A stretch of 64,000 bases of DNA from assembly GCA_963762565.1 (NCBI GenBank), contig CAVXLD010000007.1, positions 32,001 to 96,000 of the forward strand. Direction: 5' to 3'. Positions within the stretch are counted from its first letter, which is position 1. Every line of letters starts with the position of its first letter. A model generated the notes under the pieces. That model worked only from the letters and a program-made list of their open reading frames with translations, was not told the origin of the DNA and did no database searches. This document shows, one piece after another, positions 51,326 to 62,604 of the stretch. The position numbers were made by a program, and so were the translations under genes. This stretch comes from an uncultured Verrucomicrobiae bacterium. Its GTDB lineage: Bacteria > Verrucomicrobiota > Verrucomicrobiia > Chthoniobacterales > JAFAMB01.

Positions 51326-52084
51326 AGGTTTTAACTCCTTTTGGAGTTTAGCCCCTGTCGATCGGCTTCTCCCATACTCGTTTCCACGGCTTACAGTTGG
51401 CTCTCGGTATGACGATGATTGACACGAAGAACGAAACGAGACATGGAAATGGAGCCATCGAGACGGATCCATCGTTGGAGTGTAGCTCGACGGGCTAAGC
51501 TTAGATGAATCCTCAAAATGGCGCTTGGTTTTCCAAGAAGAGTGTAAGCTCATCGACATTAGGGGTCCGAACGTTTAGAACCTACCGCTCACTCCCATCC
51601 CACGCCCTGACCGCCTCCTGATGCCCCTCGCTTTTCGCGCTGGTCGCTCCGCATTTGCTGAGCGGGTTTCACGACTTTTAGCGGCACACTGGTTCAGATG
51701 GTTTAATTCCGTTGCCCCTGAGGCGGCCGCTTCGCCTCGGCATCCAGAAGTGATCGGAGCTTCGCCAATCACTGGGCCTTCGGCTGCCGGCTATCGCTTA
51801 GCACATCGGCTAGCGCGAGACGTGATATACCAATCCGGGCAGCGAGCTTCCCTCAAAGCGCGCCCTAGTTTTGCCTCGCGTGTCAAAACGCCTTACATTG
51901 AGTCGTTCGGCGGAAGGGGAAATAAAGCAAGCTTATCGATTAGTTTCCCTGCGGACTGAGGCCGCAGGCGTGAGCAGCCTTGGCTGAATTAGTGCAACTT
52001 TAGAAGTCACGGGTCGAGAACAGCCCGGTGTCACGAAACGCGCTCCTAATCGAGTTTCCGTCCGCATGAAACGAAAGAGAATCT

Positions 52085-52321
52085 ATGGCCGACATTGCGA
52101 ATAAATACGCGGAAAACGTGTCCGGAAAGTTTTACGTCGATGACCAGTGCATTGACTGCGACCTGTGCCGGGAAACCGCACCCGCTAATTTCACGCGCAG
52201 CGACGACGGCGGCTACTCCTATGTGTTTAAGCAACCGACCACCCCGGAGGAGGAGGCGCTTTGCAAGGAAGCCATGGGAGGATGTCCGGTCGAAGCCATC
52301 GGCAACAATGGCGAAGGCTGA
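52085..52321 (+). CDS. Single-cluster [4Fe-4S] ferredoxin
   Basis: CIDCDLC...CPVEAI. Confidence 0.93.
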   Translation: MADIANKYAENVSGKFYVDDQCIDCDLCRETAPANFTRSDDGGYSYVFKQPTTPEEEALCKEAMGGCPVEAIGNNGEG

Positions 52322-52511
52322 GTGTGATCGAACCAAATGACAATGAACTGCCTGCCAAACCAACGCAGCGAACGGGCGAACCAGAAGCACCCGCGCGATG
52401 CGCCTGCCAACTGAGCTTGCGACGCGTATCACCATGAGTATCGAATCGGTCAAAAACACAACGCAAGAGGAAGTAGAGAACCATCAGCCAATTAACTCTT
52501 CGCCTTACACG

Positions 52512-53774
52512 CTATTTGAGGTGAGACTTTCCACGATATCTGATGTACTCGCTCCGCCCCGACAGCGCCTCGGCCACCACATTAGCCAATGCCACCGATT
52601 TAACCTCGATATCGGGAGCCGCATAGAAATGGTCGATCCCAGGTTCAATTACGGCGATACCATTGGGTAACAGCTCATCGGCTAACAAAGTTAACCCATC
52701 ATTGGGACCACCTTTCCGTAGCCGGATGTACCGGCTTCTAACACTTCCATAAATATCGCCCGAAAGCGGTACAGCGATATATTCGATAATCATGATTCTG
52801 GTCGGTATCCGGATTCCTTCCAGTCTCGCCTGACTCGCGGCTGTCGTCAGGCCAGGGATGCCTTGGAAACCAGTTCGCGAATACAAAAACATTAATCTAA
52901 CAATCCATGACTGCGGCCAGGTCGTGGCATAATCCGCTAACGGTGTGCCTCGGATCAGTCCGCCGACACTGATCCAGGCCTTTACACGGGTCGTTTCATC
53001 CGGGGCAAGAATTTTGCCAAGTGCTAAAGCGACTTCCGGGCCGGCTTTACTCGTGCTAACTAGAATAACGTTGGCATCGCGCAGAGCCCGAATATTTGCG
53101 GCTATGAGCGCCGCATTTTCCTCCACTGTGCCGTCCTCTTCAGTCCTGATCAGCTGAACTCTTACTCCCAGCTCGTGAAAGAATCGCCGTTGACTAGCAA
53201 AGTCCGCACCGGACGATCGATCGGTCAGATAATGAAAACCGGGGGCAAACAGAACTTCATATCTTCTGATTGCCGGTCGAGAGATCTCTGACCATTCATT
53301 GCGCTCAAGATCCGATTTGATTCGCTTCGTCTCCGCCAAATAATTTGTCTGAAACTTCAGATTTCTAGGGTTCGATAAAAGTTGTTTGATCAGGAATAGA
53401 GCAGCGAAATCTGGCGAGGCAGTGTGCGAAATCGCCTTCAACGTTTGCCGGTCCAAAGGAGCTGCGCCATAACGTTCGTCAATTCGGGCGATCTGATGGT
53501 CGAGCCGTCGATTTTTCCCGCCAGCATGCAAAGAGTTATCCAAGTAGTATTTCGCCAGATTGGAGTCCACCGTCGTGATCATCGGTTTGCCTGCTAGGTC
53601 GGCAGCGACCGGAATCTTTGGGTAAGCGGCACAATAAACGCTAGACAAGGCCGTCACCCACAGGATGGCCGAGCAAATTCGCGCGGATCCAGAGAAAGCA
53701 TGCACCGTAGAAATCAACGAGCGCACAACCAAGAAGCAAGCCAAGAGTCTACCGGGAAACGAGCGAGGACGCAT
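52512..53774 (-). CDS. Exported alpha/beta-hydrolase-like protein
   Basis: LFAPGF, nucleophile elbow STSKAG, GTPLAD, NDGL, DH; hydrophobic N-terminus. Confidence 0.65.
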   Translation of the reverse strand: MRPRSFPGRLLACFLVVRSLISTVHAFSGSARICSAILWVTALSSVYCAAYPKIPVAADLAGKPMITTVDSNLAKYYLDNSLHAGGKNRRLDHQIARIDERYGAAPLDRQTLKAISHTASPDFAALFLIKQLLSNPRNLKFQTNYLAETKRIKSDLERNEWSEISRPAIRRYEVLFAPGFHYLTDRSSGADFASQRRFFHELGVRVQLIRTEEDGTVEENAALIAANIRALRDANVILVSTSKAGPEVALALGKILAPDETTRVKAWISVGGLIRGTPLADYATTWPQSWIVRLMFLYSRTGFQGIPGLTTAASQARLEGIRIPTRIMIIEYIAVPLSGDIYGSVRSRYIRLRKGGPNDGLTLLADELLPNGIAVIEPGIDHFYAAPDIEVKSVALANVVAEALSGRSEYIRYRGKSHLK

Positions 53775-53973
53775 TGGACACCGTGAGCGCCGAGGCAGGC
53801 AGGCTCGAGCTCTAACAAGTTGATAAACCTGATTTCGGAAGCGTGAGGCCGGCTAAGCCACGCGCCATTCCGCCAAGGCCGCGTACGCTAGACCCTTACC
53901 CAAGTCTGGGTCGATGGCTAACTCCAGAGCTAAGACATGACTCAAATCTACTCGGTAATCCTCTATCTCTTCT

Positions 53974-54108
53974 GCCTCATCTTCGAGAAGGCCAAGCCGG
54001 GCTTGCGTAGAGAGGAAGAGCCTCGCTTCGGGGATTTTTCCCGGCGTTCATGTTGATCACCTTTACGGTCTTTGGCTCGGGTCGCGGAATGAGCGCATAA
54101 TTGTTCAG
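53974..54108 (-). repeat. Second fragment of the secretin remnant (matches 30928-31062)
   Basis: Near-identical 135 bp. Confidence 0.9.
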
Positions 54109-54272
54109 TAAAGGCTCAATCTTTAAGGGCTCAGTCTGTGAGCGCTAGCGAAGCGAAATCAGAAGAGCCGATGGATTTCAGGTCGTTCCTCTCGGCCCCT
54201 TTTTCCCGTCGATAAGTCGGTCAACAGGTCCACTGGAGCTCGGAGATTCGAAATCGGAATGGAGGATAAGAT

Positions 54273-54554
54273 ATGAAAGTCCTTGAGGCCAAAGTTGTTG
54301 ATAGTCGTCAGGAAGATCCAGCCTCCGAACCGGATCGTCGGAACGATACGTGGATAATCGAGGCGAAACTGAAGGAACACGTTCTGGGCTGGGAAGATGT
54401 GCGCATCGATCTACTGGCGGCCGCGGTGGGAGCTGAGATTATTGAGACCAGTATGGCAGACGCCAGGGAATTCACGGTTCGTACTCGCGGTAAACCGTGG
54501 GTGGCGAAGGGCGACGTTGTTCATGTTACGGTGCGCGAGGCGCAACGTGCATGA
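54273..54554 (+). CDS. Hypothetical protein (93 aa)
   Basis: GGAGG RBS, compact ORF. Confidence 0.7.
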   Translation: MKVLEAKVVDSRQEDPASEPDRRNDTWIIEAKLKEHVLGWEDVRIDLLAAAVGAEIIETSMADAREFTVRTRGKPWVAKGDVVHVTVREAQRA

Positions 54555-54788
54555 GAAATCAACCGCCCGAGGCGGTCCAGTAGAGACAGAATTCTTAAAC
54601 AGGAGGGAAGGGAGGCAACAGAGTCCTTGGCAGCGGAGGCGAGGCACGCTTAAGCAGAAAGCGAACGGTCTTGGCGGAGGCGGCGGGCCTTCGGCCGTTT
54701 CACACCCGTCTCAAAACCCGAAAAGTAGCGGAGAGAATATGGCTAACGAAGAGCAGGTTTTTATCGAGGAGAAGGGCCGACGAAAAGT

Positions 54789-55796
54789 ATGAGTGAACGA
54801 AATTCCATCAGCCGACGGAAAGCGATGCGCGGACTCGGAGCTGGCCTGATTGCAGCCGCCGCTTCGCGAGGTTTCGCAGCCGAACCAACGGCCGCGGAGG
54901 ATTCATCGCTGCAGGCGAAACTCCAAGACCCGGTCGGCAAGTATCCGAAACCACCCTTTAAGAGCCAGTCACAGCCGTGGCCTGGTCTGGCAAGTAAGAT
55001 GGATCCACGGCCCGACCATGGCGAGGAAAGTTACAAGGGTTCAGGTCGTTTAAGGGGCCGTAAGGCGCTAATCACAGGAGGGGACTCGGGGATGGGACGT
55101 GCGGCGGCGATCGCATTTGCGCGTGAAGGAGCTGACGTGGCGATCAATTATTATCCGACCGAAGAGCCAGATGCGCAGGAAGTCATTGCCTTGATTCAAT
55201 CGGCGGGTCAAAAGGGGATTCCTCTACCAGGAGATTTAAGAGAAGAATCCTTCTGCCAAAAGCTGGTGCTTGACGCGTCCAATGCTTTAGGCGGCTTGGA
55301 TATTTTGGTCAGTAATGCCGCGCGGCAGCAATCGCACGAGTCGTTGTTAGATATCTCGACCGAGCAGTTCGACTGGACGATAAAGACGAATATCTATGCG
55401 CCCTTTTGGATTATTAAGGCTGCGCTGCCGCACATGCCGCCTGGGTCGGTAATCATTGGGACGACCTCCGTGCAGGCCTACAATCCATCGCCGGATCTTT
55501 ATGACTATGCGCAAACGAAGGCAGCCACGATGAACTATGTTAAATCGCTGGCAAAGCAGCTTGCGCCGAAAGGCATTCGGGTAAACGGCGTTGCCCCCGG
55601 TCCAATCTGGACTCCCTTGCAGGTGAGTGGCGGTGATAGTCAGGAGAAACTTCAAAACTTCGGGAGCCAAACGCCATTGGGCCGGCCCGGTCAGCCGGCA
55701 GAATTGGCATCTATGTATGTGCAGCTCGCTGCCAATGATGCCAGTTATGCTACCGGGCAGATATATGGGTCAGCAGGTGGATCCGGCCAACCTTGA
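54789..55796 (+). CDS. SDR oxidoreductase (YghA-like) with twin-arginine-like leader
   Basis: TGGDSGMGRA, YAQTK, VNGVAPGPIWT; SRRKAM leader. Confidence 0.93.
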   Translation: MSERNSISRRKAMRGLGAGLIAAAASRGFAAEPTAAEDSSLQAKLQDPVGKYPKPPFKSQSQPWPGLASKMDPRPDHGEESYKGSGRLRGRKALITGGDSGMGRAAAIAFAREGADVAINYYPTEEPDAQEVIALIQSAGQKGIPLPGDLREESFCQKLVLDASNALGGLDILVSNAARQQSHESLLDISTEQFDWTIKTNIYAPFWIIKAALPHMPPGSVIIGTTSVQAYNPSPDLYDYAQTKAATMNYVKSLAKQLAPKGIRVNGVAPGPIWTPLQVSGGDSQEKLQNFGSQTPLGRPGQPAELASMYVQLAANDASYATGQIYGSAGGSGQP

Positions 55797-55808
55797 GCAT
55801 TGCCATTT

Positions 55809-55967
55809 ATGACAACGCCGAAGCAACGGGCTACAGCCAAGAAGAACGTTAAGAACGCAGCTAATACTGCCAAACGTAAGAAAACTATTGCTCATTTGCC
55901 TAAAGCCGTAAGAACCGCTTTGGGAAAAAAGGGAGCAGAGGCAGCTCGTAAGAAAAAAAGGGCGTAA
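55809..55967 (+). CDS. Small Lys/Ala-rich basic protein (52 aa, not in ORF track)
   Basis: MTTPKQRATAKKNVKNAANTAKRKKTIAHLPKAVRTALGKKGAEAARKKKRA, 12 nt after the SDR gene. Confidence 0.7.
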   Translation: MTTPKQRATAKKNVKNAANTAKRKKTIAHLPKAVRTALGKKGAEAARKKKRA

Positions 55968-56109
55968 CGAGCGAAAAAAGCGCCATAACATCCAAACGCC
56001 CTGAGCGATCGCACAGATAAAAGGTGGCCAATGCCCGGTTGAAAGACCGGCCGTCGGGTCAAAAACAAAACGAATTATAATCTCAGAACGTCATGAACAA
56101 TAACGCCGG

Positions 56110-56370
56110 CAATCCCAATCCCGGCAATTGCGCAGAGTGCAACTTAGTCGAAGCGTTAAGGGTCTCTGAGATCCAACTCTCGCTACCAGCGGTATATCCA
56201 CAAGGGTGCTCGTAATCGAAGCGAGAACGGCGCCAGTCGCCGCCGTTTGAATTGCAACTTCACGATGTGCGGCGGCCGTTTCCGCCGCAGCCATTGCCGA
56301 AGCGCTTGAAAGAAGGCCGCCGGCAATGCTCACTGCGTAGAATCCAAAGGTGCCGAGATACCTCTGAGCC
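56110..56370 (-). pseudogene. DUF4010/MgtC-like membrane protein remnant
   Basis: AQRYLGTFGFYAVSIAGGLLSSASA...AATGAVLASITS. Confidence 0.6.
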
Positions 56371-56625
56371 TCGGAGATAGGCGAGCGCCGGTTACTAGAA
56401 GTTGCTGACGCTTGACTAAAAGGAAGTTTTTTAAAGTTCGGCCATTTTTCTGCAACCCCTAAGGGTCGCGGACGACGAACCCTTTATTGCAGCCGGTTTG
56501 GCTTAGCTAAGTAACTCATGTTGTTGGGCTGAACTGGTCTGCATATTTCGTGCCGATAGGTGAGTTCTAGTCTCAAAGCGCAAACACAGCAGAGGAGTTG
56601 CAAAGTATCCAGAGAGATCAGAGTG

Positions 56626-57543
56626 ATGAAAATCTTGATAACGCCAGAGGGTCAGCCGGTGTTTTGGGATGGGAAAGGGAATTTCAGCTTAGAGAAGAAT
56701 GATGACTTTGATATGGCGGCACACTTTCAAAAAGTGCTTCCTGGTGATGATCCAGAAGCATTCAGGCAAAAGGCAGCAGAACAGCTCGGGTTGGACGTTC
56801 AATACGAGGAGTACTAATTTATGGCTGGTCTGTTTTACGTCGTTGACCTGACCCGAGATGAGCGAATGGCGCGTAATCCGCGACTCGTCGAGAAGTTTCT
56901 GGTCGAGCTTTGCCAAGAGCATTGTCCCGACAATTGGCAGGAAGTTGACCGTGAAGCTTTAGCAATGGCCACGGCGCTAACAGCTCTCGAGCATCGTTAT
57001 TCTCCCGAAGTGTTGGGCGGAACGATTGGGCATCGGGAAGCTAGCAGGTATAAAGGCATCAATCCGACTAACCTTGGGCCAGCGAGTTTTGACCTGGACT
57101 GTGGGTGTCGAGCTTGGAAGATTTAGGCTTGTTTCGACAAATGCTTACTCGGCATGGCGGAACGGCTAACTTTTCAGCTCGATCAGAAAATGTTAACTCT
57201 TGCGGGTATCTGGTTAACATATCGAGCGCAGGTAAGATTCACTCCTTTGCCACAATGATACCTCTCCCCGCCAAAGTAACTAAGATTCAGTTGGACTTCA
57301 GTAACAGATTCTCGGCTCGAGCCGAGGGCGTCGTACCGGAGAAGATAGTCTACATCGAGCTGTTCGACCTCCCCGGTGGAGTCCATGCAACCAACTTGTC
57401 GGATGTAGCGCCGGGGAAACACGAGTTCTTACTCCACGGTGACGGAAAACCGCCATTCAAAGTAGGTGATACTCTTTCCGCGAGAGGGTTCTCGCAAGAC
57501 GAACTGCCTGATTGATTTCAGCAGACGCGCGCGGGAAGATGGA
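56626..57543 (+). repeat. Three-ORF module, copy 2 (ORF A 56626-56817, B 56821-57126, C ending 57515)
   Basis: Direct repeat of 12468-13384; all three ORFs intact. Confidence 0.92.
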
Positions 57544-57834
57544 GGATATCGCCTTTTTGAGTCGATGGTTGAGGACTCTTCCTTGGCAAGCCCGATGGCA
57601 TCGAGCAGTTTCTGCTAGTTTCCAGAGGAACCTCCGAGAATGCCCGTAACAATCCCTAAGGATCCGGTATCGTCCGTTTCGATCTTAGTAACAACCGTCA
57701 GCCGCATACATTCAGACCGCCAGGCGAGACTGTGCCGAGCGAATCGGCGGCGCGGCTAGGTTGGCGCGTCCGGGTTGGGTGCAGCGCTGAGCTTGCGATT
57801 TGTCAAGCTGCTTATTACCGCCAGTTTGGTTACC

Positions 57835-58166
57835 GATCGTTCGCCGATATCCCCCGGAATCAGGACCGCTTTACGGCCGGCCTCGGTAACCAGGCGTTCC
57901 GTTTCTTTGGCATCCTGATGTTCCGAAAGGTAAGAGATAGCAACATCCGCTCCCTTTCTAGCGAAAGCGATGGCGACCGCCCGGCCGATCCCGCTATCAG
58001 CTCCGGTGACCAGCGCAGGGAGGCCTTGAAGCTGGCCACTGCCCTGGTAGCTCGACTCTCCATGATCGACTGTTGGGTTCATTTCCTCCTCCTGTCCTGG
58101 AGGAGATTGCTGGTGGTCGGAATACGGCGGCCGTTGATAAACTTTGCGAGGATCCTGCGTTTTCAT
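57835..58166 (-). pseudogene. 3'-truncated SDR oxidoreductase (YghA/YdaD-like)
   Basis: DHGESSYQGSG, TGADSGIGRA; similarity lost after PGDIGE; no YxxxK. Confidence 0.85.
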
Positions 58167-58314
58167 TGATATCCTTTTCACTGATGGTGTCCTTTGCGTT
58201 CGTCCGTAGAGCTGCGGGGGGCTGCGTGTGGTTACGTCGAGCTGCAGTCTGGTGCCATCCTTAACCGATCGGTAGCTAGCAGACCAAGACACCTGCGAGT
58301 AGCGAAATACTGTT

Positions 58315-58497
58315 ATGAACAAACTACAATTCAAGGGCTCCTGGAATGAAGTTAAAGGCAAGCTCAAACAAAAGTATGCTCAGTTGACCGACGATGACCT
58401 TAAATATGCCGAGGGCAAGGAAGACGAACTCGTCGGAAGACTACAGAAGAAGCTCGGGAAAAGTGCCGAGGAAGTCCGCCAGATGCTGGAAGGTTAG
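58315..58497 (+). CDS. CsbD-family stress protein
   Basis: KGSWNEVKGKLKQKYAQLTDDDL...LVGRLQ. Confidence 0.93.
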   Translation: MNKLQFKGSWNEVKGKLKQKYAQLTDDDLKYAEGKEDELVGRLQKKLGKSAEEVRQMLEG

Positions 58498-58697
58498 CCT
58501 AGTCATTGTTCAAGTGTATAATACCGAAGAGCATCGCATCTCCGGGGTCCAACAACACCACAGCAGCAACGGTAGAAAGATCACGTTTACGAGCCAAAAG
58601 GGTGAAGTCGATTTGGCGAGTTTGAAACCGGCCTGATGAATCGCTCATTCATTGCGAGCGGGCAATCCAGCGATCGAACGAACCTTAGCGAGTTCAG

Positions 58698-60824
58698 CTA
58701 CCCACCTTTGGCGACCAGCTCTTGCTGAAGCTTCTCATATTTCTTAGTATCCGGGTGATCAGGCCCTAACATTTTGCGTGCTCCTTCTAGAGCCCGTTGC
58801 ACCAGCGTCGTTGCCTCCTGCAATTGACCTTCAGCACGCAAGCATAGCGCTAGACCAAAACAGGTCTTGAGCGTATCCAGATTCTCGGTGCCCAACACTT
58901 TTTCCCGGAGCTTGAGCACCTCGCGAAACTCCGTTTCGGCTTCGGTGTACTTATTCTGATGATAGAACGTTTCTGCTAGATCATCGCGTGTTAGGAGCGT
59001 GTCCGGATGCTCCGGACCCACCACTTTTTCCTGGAGCTTCAACACCGAAAGATATTCTCTCTCTGCTTCGGCATAATTCCCTTCATGGTCAAGGGCTTCT
59101 CCCAGAGCGGTACGGGTTTCCAGCGTAAAAAAATGTTCTGGTCCCAGGGCCTGCTCATCCAAATCGATCACGGCCCGATACTCGGTTTCAGCTTCAGTGT
59201 ACTTGCCCTCATGCACGAGCACGTTTCCTAGATCTGTGCGGGTGTTAAGCGTTTCAGGATTCCGTTCTCCCAGCGCTTTCTCTTCGAGCTTAATCACATC
59301 CCGATTCTCGGCTTCGGCTTCGGTATATTTCCCTTGGCTATCTAGCGCGTTGGCCAGATTGGTCCGGACTGCCAGCGTCTGCTGAGAGTCGGGTCCGGTA
59401 ATTTTCTCTTCAATCTTGACTAACCTGCGCTCCTCGGCTTCGGCCTCCGTATATTTTCCTTCATCATCCAGAACAGCGGCTAGATTGATCCGCGTTTCTA
59501 CGGCGTTCTTACTCTCGGCACCGGAAACTTTTTCATCCCGGGCAGCGAGCGTTTGAAAGGCCGCTTCCGCCTCCGCATCCTTCCCTTGCCGATAAAGTAC
59601 GGTTGCCAGGTAGTTGAGTGCAAACAATGTAGACTGGTGTTCGGAGCCAAGGGCGCCCTCCCGCTCTTTTAATGCTTCACGCAAGATCGGCTCGGCTTCC
59701 CGGTATTGGCCTTGGTTGAACAGAGCGTAGCCAATTTGGAATTGAACATCTGCCCATTCCAATCCATCACGTTTCCGGTCCGTCAACGCCTCGGCCGCTC
59801 GGAAATGTTTCAACTCGTCGGCATATTCAACTCGACTGTCAGCGGCCAATCCCGCTAGCGTCAACGCTTTAACTGCTCGAACATTGTCTGGAGGATTGGC
59901 GCTCCGAGCTTCATCGGCCGCTACTAACGCCAGGCGTTCAGCTTCATTGTAATCCTTATCTACGTAGGCGGCATTGGCCCGTTCATAGGTCGTTGCGTTT
60001 GGTGCTTTCTTTAACTGGGCGGCTAAGCGCGGAAGTTCTTCTTTTAGCACAGCCGGGTCTAACCCAAGCGTTTTTGCTAACTTGTCGTAGGTCAGCTGCT
60101 CAAGTTGCTTCGGGTTTTGACCCGGTTGTTCTTGCCTCAAATTATCTTGTACTTCGGCAAACGAACTAACCCCGCGTTGAAGTTTTTCAAACTTCGTTTC
60201 CAGAGCCTGCAAATGCTCATTGGTTTGCTTCTGTTGCTCGTTCGCATGCTGCTGGCTTTGCAATAGCCAAATACTCAACCCAACCGTTAGCACCAGTAAG
60301 GCGGCCACCGCCGTAGCCCAACGTCTGACTCCGCGCCGGAGTCGAGTAAGATCGTCGCGCAGCTTGAGGACGCTTGCTTCCAGGCCTTCCTTGCTCGTGA
60401 GGGGATGATAAAGATGGCTTTCCGATTGAAGCCGCGCCCGATAATCGCGCTGCAGCTTCTCCTGTTCTTCCGTCTCTTTTTCGTGCGCATCAACGGGGAA
60501 CTGGTCGTCCAGAAACAGATACCAAACTTTCTTTCCCTTGGTGATGGCGTAGAGCGCTTCGTATTGGGTGTAACTGACCCGGCCGAATTGCTCATCTGGG
60601 GTCGGCGGTTCGGCTCCATAACATTCACCGACCAATTGCAGCACTCCTTTGGAAGTGTCGACTCGCCGGCGGAGCATCGCTCGCAGATCGCCCTGTTCAG
60701 TGCCGAAGATATCCTGCCACTCCGGTTCGTAGCCGAGAAAAGTCAGTGTGTTTGCCACCAGCTGTCGAGCGCTTCTCAATTCCTTGCTGACAGCTGATAT
60801 GAAGATTACAGGGCGCGGCGACAT
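58698..60824 (-). CDS. DUF4062 - TM - coiled coil - TPR protein, paralog 2
   Basis: N-terminal domain highly similar to 44084-46420; 6 core 42-aa repeats plus a terminal repeat. Confidence 0.9.
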   Translation of the reverse strand: MSPRPVIFISAVSKELRSARQLVANTLTFLGYEPEWQDIFGTEQGDLRAMLRRRVDTSKGVLQLVGECYGAEPPTPDEQFGRVSYTQYEALYAITKGKKVWYLFLDDQFPVDAHEKETEEQEKLQRDYRARLQSESHLYHPLTSKEGLEASVLKLRDDLTRLRRGVRRWATAVAALLVLTVGLSIWLLQSQQHANEQQKQTNEHLQALETKFEKLQRGVSSFAEVQDNLRQEQPGQNPKQLEQLTYDKLAKTLGLDPAVLKEELPRLAAQLKKAPNATTYERANAAYVDKDYNEAERLALVAADEARSANPPDNVRAVKALTLAGLAADSRVEYADELKHFRAAEALTDRKRDGLEWADVQFQIGYALFNQGQYREAEPILREALKEREGALGSEHQSTLFALNYLATVLYRQGKDAEAEAAFQTLAARDEKVSGAESKNAVETRINLAAVLDDEGKYTEAEAEERRLVKIEEKITGPDSQQTLAVRTNLANALDSQGKYTEAEAENRDVIKLEEKALGERNPETLNTRTDLGNVLVHEGKYTEAETEYRAVIDLDEQALGPEHFFTLETRTALGEALDHEGNYAEAEREYLSVLKLQEKVVGPEHPDTLLTRDDLAETFYHQNKYTEAETEFREVLKLREKVLGTENLDTLKTCFGLALCLRAEGQLQEATTLVQRALEGARKMLGPDHPDTKKYEKLQQELVAKGG

Positions 60825-61065
60825 CCAAGTTCTACTTCCAGGCTTTTCCAGATTCCCGCGACCATTTGTTTACAAACTCAACGCGATGTTGTGGTATATC
60901 ACGCGGTTTGCCTGACTCAATTGCAAGCTTTTTTGGATAGAAGCGCCTCTCGGTTTTCTCAAAGACTTCGCTCTTTCAACCGTTCTGGCTTTCTTTGCGT
61001 TCGTTGTTCAAACGCCCGCAACGCTTTGCGTAGCGGTGAGGGCACGGTCTTTTGCGGCTGCGGGT

Positions 61066-61842
61066 TCACGAGATCGGTTTGAACCCGGTGACGTCGGCCG
61101 ACGCGACGTAGTCGTCGAGTTTGCCTTCGCCGGTGTCAGCCTGAATAAACTCGCGGCTTCGCTGGCGAACTCGGATCTGAATATTTGCGAACCCGGCCTC
61201 GGTTAACCAGCTCTCCAGTTGGCTCACCAATTCCGCGCCGGCAATGCATCCGGTGTAAGCGGCGAGATCGTTCTTGAGGTGCTCGGGCAGAGGTTGCAAG
61301 GCGACCATGTCTGCTACCGCTAGCCGGCCACCGGGTTTCAAAACTCGATGCGCTTCTTTGTAAACTTGGAGTTTGCTCGGCGAAAGATTGATCACGCAGT
61401 TAGAGATCACTGCGTCGACCGTGTTGTCACCGGCCGGCAAGTGCTCTATCTCACCCAGACGGAATTCCACGTTCTGGTAATTTCCAGATACCGCATTCTT
61501 CCTGGCTTTGGAGATCATCTCCGGTGTCATATCGACACCGATCACCTTTCCAGGCGGCCCGACGATTTTCGATGCCAGAAAACAATCAACTCCTCCGCCG
61601 CTGCCTAAATCCAGCACCACTTCTCCCGTCTTGAGTCCGGCGAACGATATCGGGTTGCCGCACCCCAGGCCCATTTCCGCTTCGGCCGGCAACGATGCTA
61701 GATCTTCTTTTGAGTAGCCGATCTGTTCGGAGACATTGCAGCCGCATGAGTTGGTGCTTTCACAGCAGTCGGTCTCCTGCTGAGCGACTTTCGTGTAATG
61801 GTCTCGTACGGAATCTCTAATGTCGGTGTTCGGCTCACTCAT
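61066..61842 (-). CDS. arsM: Arsenite S-adenosylmethyltransferase
   Basis: GLGCGNP, LDLGSGGG, ISNCVINL, GCIAGA. Confidence 0.93.
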   Translation of the reverse strand: MSEPNTDIRDSVRDHYTKVAQQETDCCESTNSCGCNVSEQIGYSKEDLASLPAEAEMGLGCGNPISFAGLKTGEVVLDLGSGGGVDCFLASKIVGPPGKVIGVDMTPEMISKARKNAVSGNYQNVEFRLGEIEHLPAGDNTVDAVISNCVINLSPSKLQVYKEAHRVLKPGGRLAVADMVALQPLPEHLKNDLAAYTGCIAGAELVSQLESWLTEAGFANIQIRVRQRSREFIQADTGEGKLDDYVASADVTGFKPIS

Positions 61843-61901
61843 ATTTGATCCTTTTAATAAGGAAGACCGGTGGACGAACGGTTGGTTGCAGACAATTTAC
61901 T

Positions 61902-62014
61902 GGGAGCGCGTCCCCGCGCGCCGCGAGGACGTGCCTTAACCCAAAGGCGTATGTTTGTCCGCGATTACAACACGCCCTCGGCTTCGGGTACCACGGATGC
62001 GGGGACGCGATCCC
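61902..62014. repeat. REP-like inverted pair between arsC and arsM
   Basis: gggagcgcgtccccgc ... gcggggacgcgatccc. Confidence 0.55.
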
Positions 62015-62055
62015 TCCCGGGCGCTGGGCCTGCACACACCCTCGGCTAAAATCTG

Positions 62056-62493
62056 TCACGGCTTTGCGGTAAACCGCATGCCGGCTGCGTACGCTTCGAA
62101 TACGCGAGAAATCTCGTCGCGCGTCTGACGGAAAATCTGCAAGATTTCCTGATCGGTCCCTTGCGCTTTAGCAGGATCTTCAAAACCCCAATGGTATCGG
62201 GCGAGTAGTCCGGGGAAGATAGGACAGGCCTCGTCGGCATTGCCGCAGACGGTGATCACCGTGTGCACCTTCCGATCCAGGAATTCATTCAGATGTTTTG
62301 TGGAATTCTGCGAGATGTCGATCCCGATTTCGCTCATCACTTGAATCGCAATTGGGTGAACGAATTCAGCCGGATTAGAGCCTGCGCTTTCGACCTCAAC
62401 AATATCGCCGGCGACTCGGGTCAGAATGCCTTCCGCCATCTGGCTACGGCAAGAGTTGCCGGTGCACAGGATGAGAATCAGGGGTTTTGGCAT
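62056..62493 (-). CDS. arsC: Thioredoxin-type arsenate reductase (LMW-PTP fold)
   Basis: CTGNSCRSQMAE, TVCGNADEACP, HWGFEDP. Confidence 0.93.
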   Translation of the reverse strand: MPKPLILILCTGNSCRSQMAEGILTRVAGDIVEVESAGSNPAEFVHPIAIQVMSEIGIDISQNSTKHLNEFLDRKVHTVITVCGNADEACPIFPGLLARYHWGFEDPAKAQGTDQEILQIFRQTRDEISRVFEAYAAGMRFTAKP

Positions 62494-62604
62494 GCAGAGG
62501 TATAGGTAACACTTCAAGCACAACGGGTATACCGGGTAGCCGATCGCCGAACGGATTTTTCTTTTGCAACCTTTCGCTGCCAGCAGAGTCTTCTTAATTA
62601 GCTA

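Noticed and set aside
12468..57543. Near-identical repeat pairs as DGR template and variable repeats
   Set aside because: Differences are not adenine-specific, many are synonymous, and no reverse transcriptase is seen
61835..62059. 74-aa ORF overlapping the arsC stop and the arsM start
   Set aside because: No recognisable motif, and it spans a REP-like inverted pair, so it is probably fortuitous; not fully excluded
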